Made by a program: the position numbers and the translations under genes. 64,000 nucleotides of DNA, taken from positions 6,448,001 through 6,512,000 of the forward strand of contig NC_134470.1 of assembly GCF_964194025.1 (NCBI RefSeq), written 5' to 3'. Below, one piece after another: positions 11,350-24,100 of this stretch. Each line of letters starts with the position of its first letter. The first letter of the stretch is position 1. The stretch is from Convolutriloba macropyga (lineage: Eukaryota). The notes beneath the pieces were generated by a model, which saw only the letters and a list, made by a program, of their open reading frames with translations, searched no databases and was not told the DNA's origin.

Positions 11350-13809
11350 ACAAGTCGGCTCAGCAATGTGCGATGGCACATAAGGTTCCGACCCCGCCCA
11401 TCCACAATTTTGGCATAATTGTGTACCAAATGAGGAACAGATAGAAAACCCAAAAATTATTTTTTGGGAATCCCAAAAAAGCCCAAGTATTTTTCAAAAA
11501 ATTTGTGTATGAAGGATAAGATAGCCTTATAAATCACCAGAAAAGATACAGACCAGTCCATAAAAAGGTTTGGTAACAATTAGACAAAAAAGAACAAAAA
11601 CAGTAAAGTTAAAAAATTCGCTTATTTTTTTAAAACAATTAACTTCAAAGTAATTAAAACCATTAGATATCAAGTAAAATATCCCAAAGGTTTACGATTA
11701 CCAATGAGTCTATAGAAGGGCATTAAGACATGTCCTTATTCATTTCATTAAGCGACTAAAAGGAACAACAAAAAAACAACAAACAAAAATTCAATTGAAA
11801 ATTGCCTGAAAACGCTGTCAAAACCGCAAAGCCATATTTCGGCGCTCAAAATATATTTGTTTGCGCCTTATTCAAACACCGATAATGTAGTATTTGGCCA
11901 TTTATTAGTGAAACTATGTAACAAGTGGACAAAAAAAGAAAAGGGCAAAAGAATGTAATAAATTTGATTTTTTTTTCGAAAAAAACATTATATCCAAAGT
12001 CATGAAAAACATTAGTTACAAAATGAAATATTTTAATAGGGTCGTTTATTCATCCAGAAAAAATCTTTAAGACCTGCAATTATCCAGAATAAGTCTTGCG
12101 TCTACAAAAAGAATGTCAAACCTGACAAAAATCAAATTAATTTACTTTTTTTGTGAAAAACCGGTGTCGAAGTCAGTAAGGTCATAACGCATTCTTTTAA
12201 AAAAAATAGGTTTTGGGACATCAATCCCTTTTGAAACCTTCCCTTGACACACATAATGTCATATTTGACCTGTAGTTAACGAGATTAGTTACCAAAAAGA
12301 AAAATCAAAAGAACAAACTTGCGAGGTTAAAAATATATTTTTTTTAGTTTTGGAGAACGGTTGTTTTCATAGTCATGAGAGCCATCAGCTATCTACTATT
12401 ATCAGAATATCGGCTCATCTATTTTTCCATGAAAAACCAGTGAAAGCTATAACAATACAGGATATTTCAAACAACTCAAATGACAAAGTAAAAATGATAG
12501 TTAAAGACAAAATTAAAAAATTCAATTAATTTCTTGAAGAAATAAGTATAATCTATATCGTTAATCTATATCTTTAAGGATTTTAATATGTTAGTTGTGT
12601 TTCTTTTTGAACGCTAATAATGTGATATGAGAACTGTCAGTAAAATGACTATAGAACGTGAAAAACTGGCAAATTTCTATAAACAAAAAAATCTGAAATC
12701 AAGTAGTATCAAAACCAGAAAACTATAACTTAGGACATAGAACCGCAATAGAAATGAATATTTAAATCAATAGAAAGAATAAACTTTCTTTCTTTGCTGA
12801 CACTAAGCTGCAAGTTGACCAAATTAAAAAAAAATGGAGGAAAAGTTCATTAAGCCATTATTTATTTAAAAACCAATTAATTTTGAAAGTCGAAACGATC
12901 ATAAATTTTCAAGTAAAAAAACTAAATGCATTAGCTTGAAGCTGCTTAGGAAGCCAATTGGACCTATCACTCCTGAGCTTTCATTTGATATGTTCTGTTC
13001 TTTATTATTAAAAAAAGTTCTTTCCTCAAAAAAAAAGAAAAAAAAGACCGACTGATTGCAACCCGAATTGTTTTTGGACTGTAACAGTCCAAGATTGGCT
13101 TAAAACTAGCCTTGCTAATGCTTTTTGTCCTTAAGGAATTTTTGATTTTTCGAATATTGTAGATATAGATAATTTGTTAGTTGAAAACTCGAAAAAAAAA
13201 TTCCGCATTTTTGTTAAGAAATGAGTAAAGCTAGTAAAAAACGGCAAAATTTTAATTACAGAGCACTCTCAGCGGAAGTTGATGTAGGAATATCCCCCTT
13301 CTGAGTATACAAAGATTGTATTGGTGTTGTTTGGGGGTGTAGTGCCGGCAAATTTAATCAAAGTGGACTAAAGTAGCTTATTTCGTGCTGTTTTTGATGA
13401 AAAAGGCTGAATTTTGAAATATTTATACAGAGTTTTTGACCAAAAAAATTAAATCAGAATAATCAAAAAGGCTTGTTTGTCTTTAAAAATGAAATCAACG
13501 ACACTATTCTTAAAAATTTTAACAAATTTTAGCAAAATTGACGAAAACTTATGCAAAAATTTCGGAAAATGTGAATAAAAACAACGTGAATTCACTCTAC
13601 TTTTCTCAGAAGTTTAAACCTCGATAACTCCCTGTAGAAAATGAAATTTTAAAAAACATTTTTTAATTCCATATTCTACGCTGGACGAGCTTTCTAATGA
13701 TACCAGTCTCAACTCTCTACGATGAATATATCGATCGGCGAAAATTGACTGAACAAAAAAAAACCATTTGAGTATATAGTTCCTCCCCCCTCAAGAGGGG
13801 TCGGAACAA
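11350..13809 (-). mobile_element. Helentron-associated non-autonomous element (HINE/DINE-1-like), copy 1
   Basis: Asymmetric subterminal IR gttccgacccc (11385-11395) / ggggtcggaac (13797-13807). Hairpin atgtgc-gatg-gcacat lies outside the left IR and a cccct-caag-agggg hairpin overlaps the right IR. The terminus is acaag in A/T context. Colinear with 18479-21087. Confidence 0.7.
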
Positions 13810-13989
13810 AAAGGTGGCACTTTGACGCAAACAAGGAATTGGTATTGAAAGAATTAGTGCTGATAAAATTTAAATGTTTTCCAGCGCAGAAATGCTAAGT
13901 TAATCCATGGAAATTTCTTGTTCCGTTTCCGCCAAGACATTAATTGAACCCAATTTGGAAAGTTAAGAACTTCATAATAAGGGTGAACA

Positions 13990-14590
13990 GAAAAGCTCGT
14001 CTTTTTAAACTATTCTGGCAAAATCAACTTCCAAAGTTAAATTTTTGTTTTGAACTTGTTTGCGCTTAAGAAGTCTTGGCAAAATTTTTTTGTGAACTTA
14101 TTTGATGCAAATTTGGTTATTCGATTTACACATCAGCTGATTGTGTCTACAATTCTATCAAATTGAAGAGTAAATGCGTACGCCCAGTTTTCTCCAAGAT
14201 AACAATGATTAACTTTTATCGCCGACGTTCCCTGTTTCGAACTCAAATAATTAAATGCTCGAAAAAACGTTTGTCCATCTTCAACCGATAATTTCTTGGT
14301 TGTTTGTTTTTACTGTTTTCTTGAAATATTTGGCGACTTCTGTTGCATTTTTGTTTTCGTTGGTTTTGCTTGAAAAAACCTTGACAAGACGTCTACCGCA
14401 GCCAAAGGATACTTCAAATTGAGAGTAAACTTTGAGCCTTGGAAGTTTTAATCGAATCCAGCGAACGAAGTATTTTTCAGAAATAGACCTAAATTTGCTT
14501 AAACTTAGTTTGCTGCGAGTCTGCAAGCTTTTTGTCTTTCTATACGATGCATGCTTTTTTGCTACAGCTGATCGAAAATTCACTCCCGCA
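13990..14590 (-). pseudogene. Degraded Maverick/Polinton-like (c-integrase) relic
   Basis: Frame-hopping translation gives LPRLKV, LKYPLAAVDVLSRFFQAKPTKTK-ATEVAKYFKK, IVDTIS*CVNRITKFASNK and KQKFNFG...ARIV*KDELF. These resemble Maverick integrase motifs recalled from memory (FPRLKV, YLLVAVDVLSR, INSRVNR.TKLAP, KPKF..GD.VRI). Confidence 0.6.
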
Positions 14591-16391
14591 GGGAAAAAAA
14601 GAACAATTCTTCAAACTGGCCTGTTATTTTTCTGCTGTTTGTTCGGTGTTTTCTTTGTTCTTTCTCTTTGGTTGGTTTTGGGCTGGCTTTGAATCACTAA
14701 CGCTGAGTTCTTCTGGAGTGCACTAAAATTTTCGTTCACTTCCGACGCTCCCTCCAGGATGTGCTTGGTATATGGGTTGGCTACTGAAAATGGTGAAATC
14801 ACAAGAGGAGTAACAATTTATAAGTGTTTACAAATGTTGGAAAACGTATGCAACTGAAGTGTTCAATGAATATGTTTCTGTGCTAATGCCCCATCTTAGA
14901 AAATTGGCCGACAACGAACGGAAACGTCTACTTGGAATTTAACTCCCTTCACCCATGAATTATTTATCAATCCAAGTTCATTAAAACCGAAAAAGAAAAA
15001 GTCAGTAAGGAATATAAGTATTAAAAAATACCAATCAATCAAAATTAAGTTGCTGCAGATTGATTGTTTATATGATTTTAAGAAAACTGTGAGTCTAAAA
15101 TATATTCAGCATGAAATAAAATTACCTACAGTTGAATAAATTGTTGTTTTAAATTAATGTTTATTTTATACAAATCATTTTGTTAAATCTATTTCCAAAC
15201 ACCAATGGGTGACTCTAGATTACAAACTATCTCAATCCTTTCAAAAAAGGACATGGATAATATTTTCCAACCTACAGATCTACAAAAGCTACTCCAAGTT
15301 TACATACGTGTATATTCAAATCAGCGAAGGTTCTCATTAATCAAATTATTTACCAAAAGTATCGCTAAAGAGAGAAGTCTGGAACAAGTTAGCCATTTCA
15401 AGTTTCGCTATCTTTGTTTTAAGTTATCTAAAGTTGAATATGATGGAAGTTAAAAGAGCATCATTGGAAGACTACGGCAAAACTCCACTGAATCTGATCT
15501 CAGCTTTGTATGATTATTTTTAAGTAGTTGAAGCGACTCTTTGGGTTTTTCTATGGTTTGTATTGTTAATTCTCTACAAATTATAACAGTTCATTCAGGT
15601 AAAATTGGTCCGATAAGATTGGTAAGTTTTGATTTCTGGAAATTGGCCTATTGGCCTGAAGTTGTCTATTGCTGTTTATATTGGGTATATTTTCCCCCTT
15701 GTCTTTTTCAGTCTTTTCATAGAGTCTATAGCTTGACATGGTCAGTTCGAAGTGTGACACTGAAAAAAAACACTGAACAGACTACCCAGGCCAAATTACC
15801 CGGACCAACGTCCCATAGTAAACCAGTACTGAATCATACTATTTCAATTCTGTAATTTTACTCTGAACAGTACTATGTTCATGTCATTTTTTAGACTTTT
15901 CATGGTAAAATCAGAACCAAAATTTAGGTTTCGCTGAATTTAAGCTCGGACATACAGAGTCAACAGTCTGGCAATGAGCTGCAAATACACTTGCGCACTA
16001 TAATCACTTATCGGGCGGCCCAGAACCAAAATATCTATCAGAGCACCTCAACTTGCTTGAGTAGGATCTGATCAGGTAAAATTTCTGTCTGAGAACGTCA
16101 GTCTATCTGATATAAAGCACACAGGAGTATAAGACACAGGTTTGCGCCTATAATTACCGAACAAAATGACGAGGACTATAAAAGTTTTTACAGGACGGAA
16201 GCTTTTTAAAATCTTCATATTTTTGAACGAGTTTGAAAACTATTAAAAGTAAAGAGTTGAATTCTAATACAAAGCATAGAAAAATATACAACGCCAGAAG
16301 TTTTTTTACAAGTATATTAAGCCATACTTAGACCTCGGCTTATGAAAAGTGTCAAGACTTATGCGGTTCACTAAAGACGAGCTAATATTAT

Positions 16392-17580
16392 CACGGGCCG
16401 AGATTTAACCCTCCCGGGCCGAGATTTAACCCTCCCGGGCCGAGATTTAACCCTCCCGAGCCAAGGTTTCACCCACCCAGGCCAAGGTTTCACCCACCCA
16501 GGCCAAGGTTTCACCCACCCAGGCCAAGATTTCACCCACCCAGGCCAAGGTTTCACCCACCCAGGCCAAGGTTTCACCCTCCCAGGCCGAGGTTTAACCC
16601 TCCCGGGCCAAGGTTTCACCCACCCAGGCCAAGGTTTCACTCACCCAGGCCAAGGTTTCACCCACCCAGGCCAAGGTTTCACCCACCCAGGCCAAGGTTT
16701 CACCCACCCAGGCCAAGGTTTCACCCACCCAGGCCAAGGTTTCACCCACCCAGGCCAAGATTTCACCCACCCAGGCCAAGGTTTCACCCACCCAGGCCAA
16801 GGTTTCACCCACCCAGGCCAAGGTTTCACCCACCCAGGCCAAGGTTTCACCCACCCAGGCCAAGGTTTCACCCACCCAGGCCAAGGTTTCACCCACCCAG
16901 GCCAAGGTTTCACCCACCCAGGCCAAGGTTTCACCCACCCAGGCCAAGGTTTTACCCACCCAGGCCAAGGTTTCACCCACCCAGGCCAAGGTTTCACCCA
17001 CCCAGGCCAAGGTTTCACCCACCCAGGCCAAGGTTTCACCCACCCAGGCCAAGGTTTCACCCACCCAGGCCAAGGTTTCACCCTCCCAGGCCGAGGTTTA
17101 ACCCTCCCGGGCCAAGGTTTCACCCACCCAGGCCAAGGTTTCACCCACCCAGGTCAAGGTTTCACCCACCCAGGCCAAGGTTTCACCCTCCCAGGCCGAG
17201 GTTTAACCCTCCCGGGCCAAGGTTTCACCCACCCAGGCCAAGGTTTCAACCACCCAGGCCAAGGTTTCACCCACCCAGGCCAAGGTTTCACCCACCCAGT
17301 CCAAGGTTTCACCCACCCAGGCCAAGGTTTCACCCACCCAGGCCAAGGTTTCACCCACCCAGGCCAAGGTTTCACCCATCCAGGCCAAGGTTTCACCCAC
17401 CCAGGCCAAGGTTTCACCCTCCCGGGCCGAGGTTTAACCCTCCCGGGCCGAGGTTTAACCCTCCCGGGCCGAGGTTTAACCCTCCCGAGCCAAGGTTTAA
17501 CCCTCCCGAGCCAAGGTTTCACCCACCCAGGCCAAGGTTTCACCCTCCCAGGCCGAGGTTTAACCCTCCCGGGCCGAGTT
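16392..17580. repeat. 21-bp minisatellite (CCAGGCCAAGGTTTCACCCAC)n, ~56 units with variant units
   Basis: Read directly. The variant unit ccgggccgaggtttaaccctc clusters at both ends and recurs internally. Confidence 0.97.
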
Positions 17581-17980
17581 TTCGCCCTTAATCGACCCCT
17601 ATTTAGCGGATATTAGGGCGTGATTCGTTTTCCACTCCTATTTATCGGAGAAAATATTTGGTATGCTATTTGGGTTCAACTCGGCCTTTAGGTACAACTT
17701 TTTGGCCGACTATAGTGTCACTTTTGAGGTCTAAACCTGGTCAAATTTAGTATCAATTGTTATAATTATTCATATTATTATCATGATATGATTTATTCTT
17801 GAACGTTTTTTTTCGAGTATTCAGTTAGCATAAAGCTCCTAGTAAAATTATTCATGTGAAAGTGTTACTTTATTATATGAAAGATTTGAAATATGAAAGA
17901 TTTGATCAGTCCGTTATTGAGTTCCCTTGTAATATTTTGACCGAGGCGAAAGTTTCCTGGAGTTTGAATTTGATCTCGCC

Positions 17981-18156
17981 CTAGTCAGCGTGGTTTGTGT
18001 CCAGACGGAGATATGCTCGACCAGAAGAGATTTTCCTCTGCTTGACCACAAACAGTCCAATGGCAGCCAGCAGAGCAGCAAATGCCACCAAAATGAATAA
18101 GGAAGCCAGGGAAGCAGCCAGGGGTGAGTAAGTGCTATTGGGTCCAGTCAATGCAG
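17981..18156 (-). CDS. ZP paralog B, last exon (TM helix and cytoplasmic tail)
   Basis: tttcag|ct, then ALTGPNSTYSPLAASLASLFILVAFAALLAAIGLFVVKQRKISSGRAYLRLDTNHAD, TAG at 17983-17981. Confidence 0.9.
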
Positions 18157-21100
18157 CTGAAATAGCGAAACAAGCTCAATTTTTAAATGCTTATGTCCGA
18201 TTCCAATCGGAAGAATGAATCAAGCTAAAAGGTCACAAGTTTATATGCAGTTTTGTTGCTTAATCCCAGCTTGTTCAATGGCTACAAAAAACGGGTCCAG
18301 GCAAAACGCAAAACTCGGCCAACTTGATGTTTCGCTTTTAATATACCCGAGATGCAGCACTAGGCTGCATGTCTATTGTTCCCAGAAGTGATCTCTATTA
18401 AACAACTGAAAATGACTGTGAAATCAATTAGAATTTTGATGATACACTTAATCATCACATAATTTTAAACTATAAAAGAACAAGGAGGCTCGGTAATGTG
18501 CGTTTGCACATAAAGTTCCGACCCCGCTCATCTGCATTTTTTGGCATGTCTAACAAATGAGGAACAGATTTTAAACCCCCAAAAAGTCAAGAAATTAAAA
18601 AAAATTGTTGAAGAACAAAAAAGATCGCCACCAACGCAAATAACTCAATGCAGTCAGAATTGCAGCACTTGATTGATGATATTAGCCATTATTAAGAAAG
18701 CAAGTCAAAACGAAAATCAAACAACAATAACAACAAAAATTAATTACCTCCAAAATATTATATCCATTTTTTTAATTAACAAAATTTATTGGCAAGGTAA
18801 AGATAGCGTCAGAAAATTAGAAACTAAACGAAACACTTTGTTTTTAACTGGCAAAAGCATGGGACCACTCCATAATAAGGCTTGATAACATTTCGACAAA
18901 AATGAACAAAAAACAGCAAAAATAAAAAAAAATTGGCTCAAACTTTTAAAAACAAATAATTTCAAAGTAATGAAATCCATTAGATCGAGTGAAAACGTCC
19001 AATTTTTTTAAGATCACAAACGCCTTTATAGAAGGGTAATATTAGCTGTCTTCATTCCTTTTTTATGTCTGTTTTCACTTTTTTATTCGGTTACAAGAAG
19101 AACAACAAATAGAGACAACAAACAAAAATTCAATTAAAACTTGCGAGAAAACGATGTCGAAGCCGTTATGGCAAATTTTGCCCCTAAAAATATGTTCAAT
19201 TGTGCCTTCCCCGAATGCCAATAATGTGATATGCGAGCTCTCTCTAATGAGAATAGGTAATAAGGAGACAAAAAAAGAAAAAAGGGCAAAATTATATATT
19301 ATTTTGATTTGTTCAAAAAACATTATTTTGAAAGCCATGAAAGCCACTAGTTACAAAATGAAATGATTAAATAGGTTCTTTTAATTGTCCAACGAAAACG
19401 TAGAGACTTGTAATTATTGAGATTTGTCTTACGTCTACAAAAGATTGTCAAGTTTTGACAAAAGTCAAAAAATAAAAAATTGGTGCATAACTAAAGCCTT
19501 AAAGACAATAGATTGTTTACACCTGCACCATCCCCGACAACAATACTGTCTTATGTGATTTGTATTAAAACAAACAATCAACAAATCGACAAAAAAGAAC
19601 AAAAGTTCAAAAAAATGATTTTTTTTTGTTTTTGAAGACATTTGTTTTCGAAATCATGGAAGCCATCAGCTATCTACTCAGATCATAAAATAGGCTCGTA
19701 TATTTTTTTCATAAAAATCATGGAGACCTGTAAAATTTCAGAAAATTTCATAGCACTAAAAGACAGAATAAAAATGACAATCAAAGACAAATGAAAAGAA
19801 ATTCATTTAAATTCTTCGAGAAAGGGGCCCCGAAGCTGTTAAAACATTAATCCACGCTTTTAAAGAATTTTATATGTTCGATTGTGATATATTTGGAACG
19901 CCAACATTGTAATATGCTAAATTTCAAAACTGTGATAATGCAAAAAAACCAAAAAAAACTTGAAATATGGGCTAATGCCTAAAAATTAAAAAAAAATGTG
20001 AAATCTTGTAGTATAAATGCCAAAAAACCATAACTGATCATGGAAGAGGATTAAATTTGAACTCAACAGAAGGATGAGGTAGAGGAAGTTTTCTTTCTTT
20101 CTTTGCTGATACCAGGATACAAGTTGACCAAATTAAGAGAAAGGTTATGAAAGTTGAATAGGCATTGTTTGTTCAAGAATCAAACATTTCTAAGTCATAA
20201 CGGCCAAAATCTTCCGAATAAGAAACTTGATACATTAATGTGGAACCATTTATTAAGCCAATTGGACCTATCAACACTGAGCTTTGATTTGAATTGTTCT
20301 TTCTTTAACTAACATACAAATGATCAAATTTTTTTTTAAAAAAAAAGACCGGTAGTTTTGACGGTCCAAGATTGGACCAAAACCAACCCTGCTATTGCTG
20401 TTCATCCAATATGATCACTCAATTGTTTCGAATGCTACAGATCAAGATAATTTGTTTATAAAAAGATTTAAAAAAATGCCGCCTCTTTGATAATCATAGA
20501 GTAAAATTAGCAAATAACCGCAAAATTTGATTCCATAATACTCTCAATGGAATTGGAAGTAGGACTAGCTCCCCTTGTAGTTTGCAAAGATTTTGTTAGT
20601 TGTTTTTGGGCGTGTTATTCCGGCAAATGTATCAGAGTTGCACTATAGAAGCTTTGTTTGAGCAATTTTTTGATTGAAAGGGTTTATTTTGAAATATTTA
20701 GCCGAAGTTTCAGCCAAAAAAATAATTCAAAATGTTCAGCCATACTTTTTTGTCTTTCAAAACAAAATCGACAGTACTATTGTTAACTCTTTTCTTAATC
20801 ATTACTTATTTTTAGCAAAATTGATGAAATTTTTTGGCAAAATTCCGGAAAATGTGAATAAAAATAACGCAAATTAGTCTAATATTCACAAAATTTAAAC
20901 CACGATAAATTGTTCTAGAAAAAGAAATTCAAAACATTCTGTTGATTTCCATACTTTACGCCGGGCGGCCTTCTTATTGCTACCACTCGCAGCTCTCTAC
21001 GATGAAAATATCGATCGGTCAAAACTGTCTGAACAAAAAAGAACAGTTGAGTATATATTTCCTCCCCCCAAAGAGGGGTCGGAACAATTAGTACCGCGCT

Positions 21101-24100
21101 CCAAACCAACTTTAAACCATAATATGACACACAGGAATAAAATGCAGATAATGGAGAACTAACGTGTTGGTTGCAACAGGCTGGCAAAATAGAGAAAAAA
21201 CTGTATAAATTTTCCCAGTTTCTCAATTGGTACACAGATAACTAACGCCCGGCTTCATACAATGCCAAAAGGTATTAACACCATATATCTTCTTTGAAAC
21301 GATTCGGATGACATGATTGTCCAGCTTTATATTAATCTGCTTTAAAATGGAATAACTTTTTGGTGCAAGATCTTGCAAGAATCTTGCAAAATTAACTTTT
21401 GGTCTCGTGTAGGGTCCACAAAAAGGTTTCGGATGTATCTGATCTATTCTCAATTTCAAACGCAAACAAAAATTCATGCAACTGCAACAGTTTTTTATTT
21501 AACTAAAAACCACTCTAATTCATGAAATTGATTTTCGAAAGGTAAATGGGAGAAACAATTTTCAATAATTGTTTTAACGATATTCTTTATTCTTGATAGG
21601 TTTTTCTAATAGTTAATTTTCGGTCGCTTGAGAGTACCCGAAGCGTGAAACGGTCTGAAATAAAAAAATATGCTTTGGTTAGTCCTCGAAGATCTAAAAA
21701 GTTTTAAAGGTCTCTTCAGGAATAGGTTTTCTTTGACACCATTTTAAAATCTAATCATCGATCGGCCAGAAACTGAATTAACAAACTAGCCAGGTCAGCA
21801 AAATTAAAATTGACGGTTGATACAAAAAGATCAGTAAACTCCAAAAAATTTGGGCGGGTGGAATAACCAGGATGCGGAATAACACGTACAATTATATTGA
21901 ATGTGGGCTCCCGTTTTTCACTCTTGAATTGTTTTTCCATAACTGTCTTAGATCTGCCTATACTTTATAATGACAATTAATTTGCAGTGGACAGGTCTCA
22001 AACGGCTACTGGATCTTGAAAAGGGCACTTCTAAAACGATTTATTTTCTTGTAAGGTTATCTCAGTATCGTGTAAGATCTTGCAAAATAACCATTCGGAG
22101 CGATTAATTTAACTAACTCTGCTCCGTTATGTCTCTTCTGACCACAACAATTGGAGATGAAGACACCAATCCAGTCTTCACTTTGCTGTCCACGCCATCT
22201 CCACTGGCCAGGGAGCCCAAATCACGCTTCTGTCGTTTGCTGCAATCTGCAAAATAATGAGGTCATTCTTGACAACTGGTTCATTTGAGAGTGGTCAAGC
22301 AAATCGATAGGCACACACGCCCAATTTTTAGAAATGTGTCAATTAAGCCGAAAATAATGGAGATTGTGGTTTTATCTTTTGATTCGGCTTAATTTTACTT
22401 AAGCTTAGTTTGCGCTCACTATTCGATTTTATGAATTGAGGTTAAAAATTTAAGCCTTGCCCCAATCCGCCCAGAGACATGCTAGATGAAGGTTAGAAAA
22501 CAACAAAAAATGAATTAGGAATAAGCCAAGCTTGACATATCTTGACAGGAAGCTCTAATTGTTCAACGTAAACTTGGCAAGATAGACGAATTGTTGATGA
22601 AAAAAGAACGAAAGGGATTTTCTCTTAACGAAAAGAGAACGGATTATACGAAAATCAAGCAGGAGAGGTAGATCAAAATCGATTGGTAGGTTAGTACCAA
22701 CTACTCAAGTCGATGTTCGACAGAAAAGTAAGATCTCGTCGGGCCATCTCCATTCAAACGCACAATATTCTGGACATTGGTACGGATTGAGACTAATTAG
22801 AGGTCACTTCAAGTTTACAAAATTTGTTCATTAGTAGGCACTTAGTTTGGTTTAAAGCATTAAAACGAGAACATAATTGTGTTTAATTGATCACTGTCCA
22901 TATTGAGAAATAGCTACAAAACCGACCCAAGAAGCGTCGTCTTTCGGCGGTTTTTGTCGATTCCGTCGGTTTTTTCAGTCGTGTAAGAACTGTCATTTAT
23001 CGTCATTTTTGTCGGTATTTTATGTAAAAAGTGTCGAATATTGTTGTTTTCGTCGATTTCATTGGTTTCATCGTTTTCTTCGGTAAATTAAGTATGAGGT
23101 GTCGGTTATTGTCTTTGTGGCTGGTATCATCGCTGTTTTGTTGGAACTGTTGGTATTAGGTCTTTCCGACTCGAGCAAAAATAATACCGACTATCAAATA
23201 TTTTCCTCGAAAATTCATTCCAAGATAAACGAATCAGCGCTGATTATCACATTCGCTATCTCATTCGGTTTTGCTGAAAATCGGGAAAAAAAGTTCAGGT
23301 AAAATTTCCATTTTGTCCTAGATGGATAGAAAATAGCCGCAGATAAGTTATGCTATTTTGCTTCAAAAATTATTGGTAAATTTTTAGCTGCCAATTTTCC
23401 AATCAAAAGTTGAGCTACAATTCTAAACAACAATCAGAAATATGCCAACAATAAAAAGAACTTCAATATCCAAGGAAAAGTATCATCTTATGTAAAAGCA
23501 ATAAAAAGAACTCAGAAACAACTTTAAGCAGAACCTAATTAAACTCTCCTCAGCACAAAGATGTAAAATTATTGCTACGAGGCAATACCAGAATCAAAAA
23601 GTAGGATCGAAAAAGACAAGAAACCTTTCAAAACTGTATTTCGATAATGATTTCTTGGCCCGATACTGGCTTCTTGATATTTTTTCCTAGATTTTGTTTC
23701 GTGAAATTAAAACATGGAGAAATTTTGAGAGAAGATCATACAGTCTCAATGTGGCGGCTGAGCTTAATAACTCAATTGCCGAATTGAATAGCGCTTCAAG
23801 GCCATTTCAAGCCTTAAAGCTAGAATAGCATGACAAGCGAACTTAATGCTACATTCTGTCGAAGCCATACAGATTAAAACCATACATTAAAACTTGGTCC
23901 ATAGTTAGCCAAAGGCATAGTGACCAACTTGTTCTGAGCTGATTTTGCGATTTCGAATTATAAGTTGAGTTATTAACCAAAACTCAAGCAAAATTTGATT
24001 GTTTCAATTTGAACTATTTTGTTGTTCTGAGAGAAACAAGTTTGTTATACAGCAAAGCTGAGCAGTTAGTTATTGAGGCTAATTGAGCAACAAGTAATGC

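Noticed and set aside
15945-16080. Plus-strand exon-like segment ending cag|gtaaa
   Set aside because: All three frames contain stops; no family recognised.
16371-17543. Long ORFs of (WVKPWPG)n and (LAWVGET)n
   Set aside because: By-products of a 21-bp unit (multiple of 3) lacking stops; no unique coding flanks or splice context.
16392-17580. CRISPR-like array
   Set aside because: Contiguous repeats with no unique spacers, no cas genes, eukaryotic context.
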